64,000 bases of DNA from Octopus sinensis (Eukaryota): the NCBI RefSeq assembly GCF_006345805.1, contig NC_043017.1:21824001-21888000 (forward strand). Reading direction: 5' to 3'. The notes under the pieces were generated by a model. That model made no database searches. It was not told where the DNA came from and was given only the letters and a program-made list of their open reading frames with translations. The translations under genes were made by a program, and so were the position numbers. Of this stretch, positions 50,386 through 62,835 are shown piece after piece. Every line of letters starts with the position of its first letter. The stretch's first letter is position 1.

Positions 50386-51277
50386 GCTATTATATGATTG
50401 ATTGATTGATTCTAGTTTCAGCTCATGAGCTGTGGCCATGCTGGGGCACTGCCATTTGCTGGGGCACCGCCATTATATTATATATATATATTATATATAT
50501 ATATAGCTATTATATATATATATATATAGCTATTTGCATGTGTCCTTGTACTTTAGCTTGTTCCCTCACCTCCACCATCTGGCAACCAGTGTTGGTTTGT
50601 TTACAACCTATTACTTAGCAATTCAGAAAAAGAGACCAACTTAATAAGCACCAGGCTTAATGATGAAACTACTGGGGGCGATTCATTCAACTAAACATTC
50701 TTCAAGGTGGTGCCCCAGCATGGCCACAAATTAATAACTGAAACAAGTAATTGATAAAAGACTGTAGAAGTATAACCAGTTAATTGTCCATGAATTTTTA
50801 CCAATAAAATCTTCTTTGGACCCCCAAAGTCCACATGGGCCTTAGTTGAGAATCATTGATATAACACAAAAAAAGAAAACCCCTTTGGAATTTGATACAA
50901 ACGATGCCAAGGAAGCACATGACAATGTTGCGAGAAAAAAAATGGCTAATTAGCATGTTATAATTAGTGAGGCAAGTGAATAATTATGAGAAAATATTTA
51001 GTAAATTCTTGACGTGAAAAATGCCAGACATGATATGAAAATGATTCGATGATAGTTGAGCAGTCAATAACAGTAGAGACAACTTTTAGCCTGAGTACAG
51101 GGAAATAAGGAAATTTTGGTGGTTTTTTGTTATGTTTTGTTTCTTTTTTTAGTTTTTATTCTGTTTCTTTATTTCAAATTAAAATGTCAAAAATATAAAC
51201 CGAAATTTTGAAAAGCAAACTAATCGTTAATTTAGGCTATAACCTTTACAGAAAATTAATGACATCTAAGTAAATGA

Positions 51278-51665
51278 TATGATGATGGTGATGATGATGA
51301 TAACGATAATGAATGTGATGACGATGATGTTGATGTCGTTGATGATGACAACAATGACACAGGTGACATCAATGGTGATGATGACGATGATGATGCTGAT
51401 ACCGATAACAAATGTGATGACGATGATGTTGATGATGATGACAACAGTGACACAGGTGACATCAATGGTGATGATAATGATGATGATGATGATGATGATG
51501 ACATTGAGGATAATAATGACTACGATACTGATGTTGATGATGTTCGTGATGAGGACGGCGATGCTGATGATGAGGACGCTGATGCTGATGACTATGATGA
51601 TGATTATGATGCTAATAATGATGCTGTCCCTGATGATGATGACAACAATGTTTATGTTGACGATA

Positions 51666-51696
<31 letters not shown>

Positions 51697-51890
51697 CGTA
51701 AATGATGATGATGATGGTGATGATGATGACGAAAATGATGATGATGACTATGATGCTGCTGCTGACGATGATGATGCCAATGAAAAGGATGAGGATGACA
51801 ACAAATATCATTGTAGCTGTGATGACAGCTACAATGGTGATGTCAAAGAACGATGGAAATGCTGATGATGATGATAGCTGAGTTACTGAT
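51278..51890. repeat. Degenerate (GAT)n tract with an internal duplicated block
   Basis: tgtgatgacgatgatgttgatg..gacacaggtgacatcaatggtgatgat occurs twice. Confidence 0.9.
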
Positions 51891-51963
51891 GGCAACAAAT
51901 CACATCGATGACTGTGAAGCTACCCACTGAACCAGGGATAAGACTGAACCTGAAACAAGTGAA

Positions 51964-52004
<41 letters not shown>

Positions 52005-52109
52005 TAATAATAATAATCATTTCTACTACAGGCACAAAGCTTGAAATTTGGGGGGTGGGGACTAGTCAATTACATTGACCCCCAGTATTCACCTGGTACT
52101 TATTTTATT

Positions 52110-52372
52110 GAAGAAGAAGAAGAAGAAGAAGAAGAGATGAGGAGGAGGAGGGGGAGGATGAAGAAGAAGGGGTGGAGAATGAGGAGGAGAAGAAGAAGAA
52201 GAAAAAGGAGGAGGAGAAGAAGAAGAAGAAGATGAGGAGGAGGAGGGGGAGGATGAAGAAGAAGGGGTGGAGAAGGAGGAGGAGAAAGAAGAAGAATAAG
52301 ATGATGATGATTAAGAAGGAGGAGGAGGAAGGAGGAGGGAGGGGAAAAGAAGAAGAAGAAGAAGAAGAAGAA
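52110..52372. repeat. Homopurine (GAA/GAG)n tract
   Basis: Direct reading; contains a duplicated block gatgaggaggaggagggggaggatgaagaagaaggggtggagaa. Confidence 0.92.
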
Positions 52373-52419
52373 GGATTCCCAATACTATTAAACAAATAAT
52401 GATAATAATATCATCAGTA

Positions 52420-53035
52420 AGAACATTATGTAATAATGCCCTCATATTTCTTTATTATTTTTCTGGTTTTCTTCCGGCCGGTTGAGCAGAATTGGTTGGT
52501 TTTAGAACAGGAAGACTGGCTGAAGGTGGACTTGAAAATGCAATGAGATTTCGGTTCAAGCAAACGATCTTATTAATTACTGGCAATCAGGGAAGCCGAG
52601 TTCATTAGCAATAGCTGAATGGCTGGATGGCAGGCGATCAGGGGATTTAGTTAGGGAACTGAAATACTATACAGGGAAATTGCTAGGGAGGTCTAAATAA
52701 AAAGAAATGGATTTTATATTGCATCCCTCTGTTTGGTTGGGCTGGGCTGGGCTGGGTTGGCTCGGCTTGACATACGTGTTGCAGTGAAATGCACCCATGT
52801 GCATTGGACTGGAACAATACCGTGATGAGGGAAATTGGGGTGAGATGCGAGAAGAGGAAGTGGGTGGGGAAGGAATAAAAGAAGAAAAAGAAGAGATGGC
52901 AAGCAACGAAGGAAATACATTTTAATTGTTTGTTAATTCATGAGTTTCCTGGAATGGATAAATAAATAAATAAATCAAAGTAACCAATTAGCTCGTTATT
53001 TCAATCGTTTATTAGCTCCGCCCTACGTAACTTTT
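52420..53035. promoter_or_regulatory. Non-repetitive, relatively GC/CpG-rich island with CCAAT (52984), GC-box-like CTCCGCCC (53016) and TACGTAA
   Basis: Composition contrast with flanks and motif cluster only. Confidence 0.25.
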
Positions 53036-53039
53036 ATCT

Positions 53040-53366
53040 AGTGGTTTACTTGGTGGTGGTCATAGTGGTAATGGTGGTGGTGGTGGTGGTGATGGTGGAA
53101 GTGATGGTGGTGGTGGAGGTAGTGGAAGTGATGGTTGCAGTGGTGATGTTGACAATAGTGGTGGTTGTAGCGGCGGTGGTCATAGTGGTGGTGGTGGTGG
53201 TGGCAGTTGTGGAGTTGGTGGTGACAGTGGGGGTGGTGGTCATCGTGATAGTTGTGGTGCAAATGATGGTAGTGGTAGTAGTGATGGTGGTGGTGGTGGT
53301 AGTGTTGGTAATGGTGGTAGTGTTGGTGTTGGTAGTGGTGTTGGTGTTGGTGGTGGTGGTGGTGGC
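53040..53366. repeat. Degenerate (GGT)n tract
   Basis: Direct reading. Confidence 0.92.
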
Positions 53367-53425
53367 GAATATGAAAGAACTTTCCTCAATTCTGATATAT
53401 AAGCAATAAGGATATCCAAAGGTAG

Positions 53426-53513
53426 TGTAGTACAATCGTTTCATGCTACTTCATTTAATTAAACAATGTAAGTATTACATCAGTTTTAAAATGTAGAGCA
53501 ATCTTCAGCCACA
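53426..53513 (-). ncRNA. Type I hammerhead ribozyme with extended stem II (core intact)
   Basis: Minus TGTGG-CTGAAGA-(59 nt)-GAAAC-GATT-GTA-CTACA. Confidence 0.72.
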
Positions 53514-53614
53514 TATGGAATTTTTAAATTAAATAGGCAATGTTCATTTTTATACTTAAAATGAACATTTTAAGTATAAAAATGAACATTGCCAATTTAA
53601 TTTTAAAAATTCCA

Positions 53615-53702
53615 TGTGGCTGAAGATTGCTCTACATTTTAAAACTGATGTAATACTTACATTGTTTAATTAAATGAAGTAGCATGAAACGATTGCACTA
53701 CA
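53615..53702 (+). ncRNA. Type I hammerhead ribozyme copy with a mutated cleavage triplet
   Basis: TGTGG-CTGAAGA-(59 nt)-GAAAC-GATT-GCA-CTACA; GUA changed to GCA. Confidence 0.65.
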
Positions 53703-53831
53703 CTTCCTTTGGATATGCTTGTTGCTTATTTTGATTATAATCACCCCATTTGATTTATATGGATAATACCATACCATATTCTGGTGCCTTTAACTTAAGT
53801 ACCATATTCATCCGAATCTAAATTTTTGCTG

Positions 53832-53874
<43 letters not shown>

Positions 53875-54534
53875 ATAGACTATTAGTTTCTTTCTACTAC
53901 ATCCACTTATAAGGCTTTAGTCAGCCCGTGGTTGTGGTACGAGACACTGGCCCAAGGTACAACACAGTGGGACTGAACCCAAAACGAAGTGGTTGGGAAG
54001 CAAACTTCTTAACCACACAACTGTGCCTTACCAGCCAAATACCTGATGGTCGATCTTACTGATCGTTTCCCCTCCCCACAAATTTCAGGTTTTAGGTTTC
54101 TATTAGAAACAATTATTATTTGATCTTTAGCACACTGTTGGTGCATCATGTCAGCATATGAGTTTTCTCCCTTGTAATAACAGGACAGTGGCAGGGGAAA
54201 TAATTCTAGAGAAAATGTTATGTGCTAAAGGTTAAAGAAAGACACACAATTAACTGTGTGACAACATTTGTAGAAACGAAAGAGAAGTCTTGTAAATGAT
54301 TGATCCACGGTCACAGATGTCACCCATGTTAAATCACAGAGATCTCAGTTCTGATGGCCACCGAACTGGTGCACCAACTACCCAGGTACTCTACCACCTT
54401 ACAAACCCTTCACTGACCACATTTAACGTAATAATGATTGATTAAAAGGCACATGGCTTGATTGAACAGACATCACTAATAATGTATGCAGTGAATTTTA
54501 ATTTATCTTCTTGTCCAGCTAATTAGCGCAATGT

Positions 54535-54554
54535 AAAGTAGTAGCAGCAGCAAC

Positions 54555-54590
<36 letters not shown>

Positions 54591-54920
54591 CGCAACAGTA
54601 GTGGTGACAACAGTATTAATAGTAGTTGTAAAAGTTGCTGAAATGGTGGTGGTGGTGATTGTAGCAGTGGTGGTGGTTGTAGTGGTAGTAGTTGTAGTAG
54701 TGGTGTTGGTGGCAGTACTGTTGGCAACAATAGTGGTAACAATGGTACTAATTGTAATTGTAGTAGCAGTTACTGAGATAGTGGTGGTATTGAAGGCAGT
54801 AGTAGTAGTAGTAGTAGTAGTTTTGGTGATAGTAGTGGTGTGGTGGTAGTGGTGTGGTGGTAGTGGTGGCAGCAGTAGTAGTTGTGGTGATAATAGTGGT
54901 GGTGGTGGAGAAGGAAGAGG
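54535..54920. repeat. Degenerate (GTA)n/(GGT)n tract
   Basis: Direct reading. Confidence 0.9.
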
Positions 54921-55569
54921 AAAAATAGATCACAGTGTGTACATGCCATTTGTCTGTATTTTGCCTGCAAACGACTGCTGCTGCTGCTACTGCCGCTGCT
55001 AGCTACTCTTAGAATCACTCACCAAAATTTATGTCCATTCCTGTGCATTTGTCACATGTGTGTATGGTTACAGAAACCTTTTGGTAATTCACTGTGTGTG
55101 TGTGTGCGTGTATGTGTGTGTGAGTGTGCATGTGTGTATGTGTAAGTGTGCATGTGTGTATGTGTGAGTGTACATGTGTGTATGTGTATGTGTGCATGCG
55201 AGTTTGTATTGGATGTCAACAGGTAAAAATAATTCAATCATTAGTAGTTACTTCTGATAAAATATGCTGGCATGAGTTAGATGATTATATTATTGAGGTA
55301 TTGTTTTACAGCTGCTGCTAATCATTAGCTGTTTATCAAATAAAAAGGCTCTTATGCCACACTTCAAAAACACAGAGCCAACAGATAACTTCTTCAAAGG
55401 GAAATGAACCTTTTACTCATCTACTTTCAAAGAATGCACACAAACACTCAAACACATGTATGCGTATGCATGTATACACACACACTCATACACACATATA
55501 CACAAACACACACATGACAGGTTTTATACAATTTCTGTCTCCTAAAGTCATTCACAAGGCCACAGTGAA

Positions 55570-56090
55570 TGGCACTGAGAAACAAGCCATTAGAATGAAT
55601 TTTATAATGATAAAGAATGATAAAACTCAGTTACAGAGCAAATGCAAAATATGTGGAAAAGGGTACAAAAGTATTAACCATCAGCTAAGCAAGTGCAGTA
55701 AGCAAGCACAAAAAGAGTATAAATGCGGGCATGACTGTATTGATAAAAATGTACATTAGGAAGTTCACCAAGTTTGCGAATTTGAAATGAGAGAAAAGTT
55801 ATAGTGATTGATAATTACAGGACGGACCATACTAATGAAGAAAGATAACTAAATTGTCAAACAGAGTGAGACAACATTTGTAAGATCACAGTAGAATAGA
55901 TATGAAAGAAATAGGGAAAATCAGGAACTTGTAATAAATATGAAGAGACCGTAGAAATGAAAGCTGACAATAATTGTTTCAATGGTAAATTGATGCACTC
56001 GGGACATTACTTAAACTGCAACTTGAGAGGCTGAAAGATAATGGAATTGAGATTTGCATTGTTGACCCGCAGAAAAGTACCATTCTGAAT
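55570..56090 (+). mobile_element. Decayed RLE-type (R4/NeSL-like) non-LTR retrotransposon 3' fragment
   Basis: KQAIRMNF...KCKICGKGYKSINHQLSKCSKQAQKEYKCGHD (CCHC knuckle and RHD-like motif), ending with ILNSARILRK-like sequence. Confidence 0.8.
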
Positions 56091-57439
56091 TCTGCAAGAA
56101 TCTTAAGGAAGAGTCTTTGACATCTGAAGAGATTTGTTTTGTCACCAAACCTCAGATTATCTCTGTTAACTTGAGTAGAATGTTATAGCTTTTATAATAC
56201 CAGATTCTAATTTAGGTGCAAGGCTTGGAACTTTAGAGACAGAATTAATTGGTAAACTGACCCCAATACATAACTGGTTATTTATTGACCTGTGAGTGAT
56301 GAAAGACAAGGTGAACCTTGGCAGGATATGAAAAGCATTTTGTTTGATGCTCTAAGGATCCTGCCAATCCACCATTATGTATAGAATGATGGTGATAATG
56401 ATGATGGTGGTGGTGGTGGTGGTGGTGGTGGTGATGATGATGATGATGATGAGGAGGAGGAGGAGGAGGAGGCGGTGGTGGCTCAGTATTTAGTCACCCC
56501 TCTCGTTGCTGATTTCGTCATTTAGTCATAGATCAGCCCAGATCCAGCAGACCTATAGTCAGAGACATTCCAGCTGTGAACATCCCATCTTATTTTCAAA
56601 CACAGCCTGTCTAGAACGTTGTTATATCCACAGTGACTTTCATGAATAAGTAAATGGCATGCAATTTGAAAAGAAAAGGGTTTGGTTACTATTTCTAGCA
56701 GGTCATCCAGTATGTAGAAACCCTTATTTTTTTTCTTTCAGTAGTAGTGTTAGCAATAAGTAGTGCTCAATAAAAGAAACACTTTAATATATATATGTGT
56801 GTGCTCAGAGGAGGATCAAACTGATTAACTTTATATCATTTCCTATTATCTAGAAAGCAATGTGCACCGATGAAATAACAACATCACATTCCATAAACTA
56901 TGAATCTCTTAACAACATTTTTCTGATGTTATTCCATTCTTAAAAACCAAAAAAGAAAGCAGGGAAAGAAAAAAACGTTCTATTAACAAAAGCTAACACT
57001 TGTGTAATAAGATGCACCAGCAATGTTAGAATTATCACATCACAGTGATTTATCAGTGTTAACATGATCAGCATGGTTATTTTGTTGTTCTGTATTGTCA
57101 TTGCTATTCATTGTTATCTATTTATTAATGTGTCTTTGTAGCTGCTGTTGATCTCACCTTTTTTTTTTACTCACCCCTTTTTACTCACTGCAATCCTTCC
57201 TCACTCCATCTCTTGTCATTGTTTTTTTTTGGGTTTTTTTTTTTTTGTACCTTTATATTTCATCTTTGTATAGTTTCCTGTATCTTAGTTCCTTGCTGCC
57301 AATGAATGGAATCATCATCATCATCATCATTGTTATTGTTATTATTATTAGTTCAAATGCTTCTAAGGTCAACTTTGCCTTCCATCCCTTTTCGGGGACT
57401 GATATAAAATAAGGTACAAATATGGTATATAACAATACA

Positions 57440-57755
57440 TGTCAACATTGTCATTAACATTACCATCATCATCATGATCATCATCATCATCACCATAGCC
57501 ATGATTCTCACCACCACCACCACCACAACCATCATCACTACCACCACCAATATTCATCGTCTCATCAATTTTTGGTACCTTATAACCAATATCAGAAATC
57601 ATTGTCCTCATCATCATCATTATTATTAATACTATTATCATCATTATCATTATATTTATCATCATCATCATCTTTATTGTTATTTGTCATTACTATTATT
57701 ATCATCATCTTTGCTATTCATGGTTGGCAAAATATATCAAGAGTTTTTGTTCTTA

Positions 57756-57800
<45 letters not shown>

Positions 57801-58000
57801 CCTTATTATTATTATTATTATCATTATTATCATCATTATTATTATCATTATTATTATTATATTATTATTATTATTATTATTATTATCATCACTATTATTA
57901 TTATTATCATTATTATTATTATTATTATTATTATCATTATTATTATCGTTATTATTATTGTTACTGTTATTTTTAACATTGTTATTATTAACAACAACAA
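57440..58000. repeat. (CAT)n/(TAT)n trinucleotide tract
   Basis: Direct reading. Confidence 0.92.
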
Positions 58001-58287
58001 CAACAATAGAGATCTCATTTTCTTACAAATGATAAAAACAACAACACAAAAAAAAAGATATAAACTACAGCAAAAGACAACACCAACAACAACAACAACA
58101 ACACCTGCAAAACCCCACGATGAGGTTAAAGTACATACAAAGGGAGATCTATTCCATCATGTCTTTGCGACGGAAATTGCTTTCCTGATTACTTTGTGGG
58201 GCACCTTCACCTTGTTAAGGTTTACCAAAATCACAACAACAACAGCAACAACAACAACAAAAATTGCATAGATCATTTCCTGGTGAA

Positions 58288-58318
<31 letters not shown>

Positions 58319-59319
58319 ATGAATAAGTAGATGACGAATGGGTTGAAGAAGCAATTTCGACTAAGTTGAAAAAGCACGAGACGAGTATCTCGAATAGACC
58401 CTTCAAATTCTTCTCTGTTTCTGAAGAACGTGATCAAAGCCAAAAGACATGCCTCTAACAGCAAAGAAGAAGGGGGAAAAAAAAAGAGGGAGGGAAAGAC
58501 TGCCAAAACACACACACACACATATACACATGCACACATGCACACACACATATATATGCATGCATGCACACATACAAGGAACGGTAAGAAATAAATGTTA
58601 TAAAATAACAAATAATAATTTAAGAACAAAAAAAAATCAATTATGATGATTAATGGCACTTTTTAGGAAGAAGGTGGTGGAAATATCTCCATACAATACC
58701 ATATTCTTCTGAAATATCACACAAAAGGTTTATTTGTTTATTTATTTATTTCATTATTATTATCGTTATTATTATTAATATTGTTATTATTATTATTATT
58801 TAAAATTGGTTAAGCTGGACCTTATTATTTTTTGATTAATGATATATTTTACAGGAATTATTTTTTTATATTTTTGTTTTATTCTTATTTATTTTGCTTC
58901 TTTTTTTTTTATATATATTTTATTTGTGTGGATTGCATGAATGGAGTACCTATTGAATAACAGGTTGTTTTTTTTATTATTATTATTATTCAAAGAAGAC
59001 ACCAACAGGTAACATAATGTAAAAAATTCCATAATTGTGTTTTTTAACAGGTGCAATTATTCATTGTCCAGACTGGAAGTTGTTGGTGAGTAAACAGTTT
59101 GTTGGCCTAAGGTAAACACAACAATCACTGAAAACTTCATTCGGTTAACAGGAAGAAAGACAACCTTCCAGGTTTTATGTTCATTTATTTGCTTCCTGTT
59201 GTGTATGAGTTAAGTAGCTTGTTTACCAACCACATGGTTCTGGATTCAGTCCCACTGTGTGGCACCTAAGGCAAGTGTCTTCTACTATAGCCTTGGGCTG
59301 ACCAAAGCCTTGTGAATGG

Positions 59320-59354
<35 letters not shown>

Positions 59355-59357
<3 letters not shown>

Positions 59358-59555
59358 TCTTTTACTCTTTTACTTGTTTCAGTCATTTGACTGCGGCCAT
59401 GCTGGAGCACCGCCTTTAGTCGAGCAAATAGACCCCGGGAGTTATTCTTTGTAAGCCCAGTACTTATTCTATCGGTCTCTTTTGCCGAACCGTTAAGTGA
59501 CGGGGACGTAAACACACCAGCATTGGTTGTCAAGCAATGCTAGGGGGACACACCA

Positions 59556-59590
<35 letters not shown>

Positions 59591-59756
59591 CATATATACG
59601 ACGGGCTTCTTTCAGTTTCCGTCTACCAAATCCACTCACAAGGCATTGGTCGGCCCGGGGCTATAGCTGAAGACACTTGCCCAAGATGCCATGCAGTGGG
59701 ACTGAACCTGGAACCATGTGGCTGGTTAGCAAGCTACTTACCACACAGCCACTCCT
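59355..59756 (-). mobile_element. Full-length SINE family A inserted in (TA)n
   Basis: Complete head-to-tail match to 37032-37440 and 63509-63878. Confidence 0.93.
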
Positions 59757-59786
59757 GCACCTATATATATATATATATATATATAC

Positions 59787-60093
59787 TCAAATAAGCAACA
59801 AGAATGACTCCGGTAATGTGGTACAATTGTTTCGCACTACATCATTTTATTAAATGTTATGGAAAACCTCTATAATTGGCTGATGAACACTCAGCATCTT
59901 AAATCTGTTGTAATACTTACAACATTTAATAAAATGATGTAGTTCGAAACAATTGTACCAAATTACCGGAGTCATTCTTGTTGCTTATTTTGATTATAAT
60001 CACCCCACAAATTTTTATGGATAACACCATACAAAATTCTGGCACATCTAAATTAAGTACCATATTCATTCGAATCTAAATTTTTGCTGAACT
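59787..60093 (+). mobile_element. Fold-back element (70-bp arms, about 62-bp spacer) plus tail; same family as 53399-53835
   Basis: 59787-59858 versus 59921-59993 are inverted with 2 substitutions; shared tail ttgattataatcacccca...ctaaatttttgctgaact. Confidence 0.88.
59873..59965 (+). ncRNA. Type I hammerhead ribozyme with extended stem II
   Basis: TAATTGG-CTGATGA-(59 nt)-GAAAC-AATT-GTA-CCAAATTA; palindromic ACAATTGT stem III. Confidence 0.75.
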
Positions 60094-60263
60094 TATGTAT
60101 GTATGTATGTATGTATGTATGTATGTATGTATGTATATGTATGTATGTGTGTGTGTGTGTCTGTGTTTGTCTCCACCAACATCGCTTGACAACCGATGCT
60201 GGTGTGTTTACGTCCCCTGTAACTTAGCAGTTCGGCACAAAGGACCGATAAAATAAGTACTAG

Positions 60264-60415
60264 TCTCTCACACCTACCCTACAATGTCATTCTGAAAAAT
60301 AAACAATCACTTGATCAAAATCTGAAAGCTATGAGATAATGCAAAATTAATTGATAAACAAGGTGAATAAATAAGGATTATGTTTGATAAGGTAATCTGA
60401 GTGCTGAAGGGTTAA
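60264..60415. mobile_element. Partial TTAA MITE
   Basis: ctctcacacctaccctacaatgtcattc...gtgctgaaggg|ttaa. Confidence 0.7.
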
Positions 60416-61593
60416 GATGGGAGTGTGTGATTTGAAGAAGATTAAGCTGCGATTTCAAGCAGGAAAAGGTGAACGTGGAGAAGATCCTTAAATGAATACA
60501 GTTACCAAGCAATATGCATTGATGTTACGTTACTAGGCAGTGACAGAGAGGAAATCAACTGTCTTGCTCTCTCTCTCTCTCTCTATCTCTCCCCGCCTCT
60601 CTCTCTCTTTTGCATTTTCTGTTCTATTTCTTCAAAAAGGTGGTGGAAAAGGTAAGGTGCGGTGTGAGGGGCGAGATGGAGGTTTATTAGGGAGAGTAGG
60701 ATAAGCAGCAAGGGCGGGGTGTGTATAGTTTACACATACAGATGGTCCTACATTAGCCTCATTGCACTATATGTACATGCACACAGATGCATATTTACAT
60801 ACATACAAATACACACACACACACACATATATATATATACACTATATATACATATAAATATACATACATACATATATATATACATAAATACATTTATATA
60901 TATATACATATATAATATATATATATACATATATACATATGTATGTATGTATGTATATGAAAGTATATATATGCATATACTGATACATATATAAATATGC
61001 ACACACACACACATACAAGTAAGTGTGCATGCCTACTTGTGCATAAATATATAAATATTTTTGGTGCATTTATATGTATGTATATATACACACATATAAC
61101 TATTTATATACATATGTTATTTATGTATATGTGTGTGTGTGTGTGTGTGTTTGTGTGTGCATATGTATCTACGTAAGCATATTGATCTTCATGATAAAGA
61201 ATTTACATAACCAGATTCTCTTCTATTGTTTTGCATTTCGCTTTTTTTTCCCTACCAAATTCTTTTATACATACAATGTTGCAATATCCAGTATGTATAT
61301 ACATATGATGATACATTTCCTGTTTAAGAAAGAGGTATTTTCAATTTTTAGATTTTTTTTTTTAATGCATTTTTCTTTTTCTCCCTTTCTTTTTTTTTTA
61401 TACTTTTAATTCTTTTGAAATACTTTATCAAAATAAATTGTCAGCTTCAATTATTATAAATTGCAGTTATCTTCTCACTCCCACAACACAAGAACAATAT
61501 TTTAAAAGATACTAAAAAATATAAGAACTATTAACTGGTATATATATTTATGTATACATATACATTTATATATATATATAAATTGTATGTATA

Positions 61594-61641
<48 letters not shown>

Positions 61642-61728
61642 GTATATATATATTTATATATATATATATATGTATATGTGTATATATATGTGTGTGTGTA
61701 TATATATATATATATATGCATATATATA

Positions 61729-61760
<32 letters not shown>

Positions 61761-61805
61761 ATATGATGATGATATATATATGCTTATATATATATATATA
61801 TATAG

Positions 61806-61850
<45 letters not shown>

Positions 61851-62648
61851 CTGTATGTTTATGTACATATCTTTATGTTTATGCATCACACAAAAATCCT
61901 TCATACAAACGCTACTAATAGATCATCACATGAAATATGAGCGCTACAGATCAATTATTGAGATAATGTTATGATGATATGCTTAAGGTTGCTTATTCTA
62001 GTAAACTAAGAGCTATTGTATCAAAGAGAAATGTATGATCAATGTCTCTAACAAGTGGCCCTTCAGGTTTTTATAATGATTTTGTATATTTTTTAAAGAT
62101 TTGAAACTTGAAAGATGGGGTTATGTTTATGAAGGTTGTATATAGTTATAAACCAGAGCTGGATAAAGACCCATAGGTGCCCTAAGATGGAGAATAATGT
62201 TTATTTTTGTATACTTCCACTTTATTTATATTTGAAAAGTTTTCTCTAATTTGTTTTTAATTGCAAAATCTTTGATCAGATCCTCACTATAACACAGTAA
62301 ATACTTTGAAATTATATTTCCAATCATATAAACCCCTTAGAATATTATTGTAGCAAGTTTAAAGTGATTTCTTTTGTCTGTAAACCATTTATCATTTATG
62401 TGGTGCCCTGCTTCCCTTAACTTCTTACACATGTGCTTATTTTGTTTAATGGTTAATCTAGCACTGGTTGTAACATATGATGCTATTCTGCAAAATCTGA
62501 TAGGAAGCTGCAAGGCCAACATCTGCTTAAGGACAACAGGAGGAATTCCAAAATTGCAACTGGAAAGAGCTACAGTAAAAGGTTTGGAGGCCAGGGGCCA
62601 GTGGAAGAACAGATCCCGAAGCACCGATGGGGATGGAGAAGCCACACC

Positions 62649-62835
62649 TTAACCCTTCAGTATTTAAACCAACCACATCTGGCTCAAATATTCTATGTTC
62701 TATGTTCAAACCAGCCTACTTAACAATGTCATTCTAAAAATATACAATCACATCATTGAAATCTCAAAGCAACAAGATAATTCATAATGAAAAAATATTA
62801 GATATAATAGAATAATTTGAACTCTAAAAGGTTAA
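62649..62835. mobile_element. TTAA MITE (internally deleted)
   Basis: ttaa|cccttcagtatt ... ctctaaaagg|ttaa. Confidence 0.7.

Larger units (their letters stand above)
53399..53835 (+). mobile_element. Fold-back element (165-bp arms, centre about 53564) plus unique tail ending at (TA)n; Penelope-like inverted pseudo-LTR
   Basis: 53399-53563 is the reverse complement of 53566-53729 with several substitutions/indels; homologous to 59787-60093. Confidence 0.85.

Noticed and set aside
51278-51865. Stop-free Asp-rich frame of about 195 codons reminiscent of acidic shell-matrix proteins such as Aspein
   Set aside because: Starts immediately after a TGA with no ATG or acceptor. Decayed (GAT)n stays open in this frame because single changes to GAT cannot make a stop, and comparable open frames occur in the neighbouring (GGT)n tracts
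396-61974. Numerous YI/CV/HT-rich, poly-I/N/L/Y/S ORFs in the track
   Set aside because: Translations of di- and trinucleotide microsatellites, with no start context, splice support or domain content
62337-62652. Overlapping 92-aa and 102-aa ORFs on opposite strands
   Set aside because: No recognisable domain or splice support, and it ends in a MITE; likely chance or an unrecognisable TE relic
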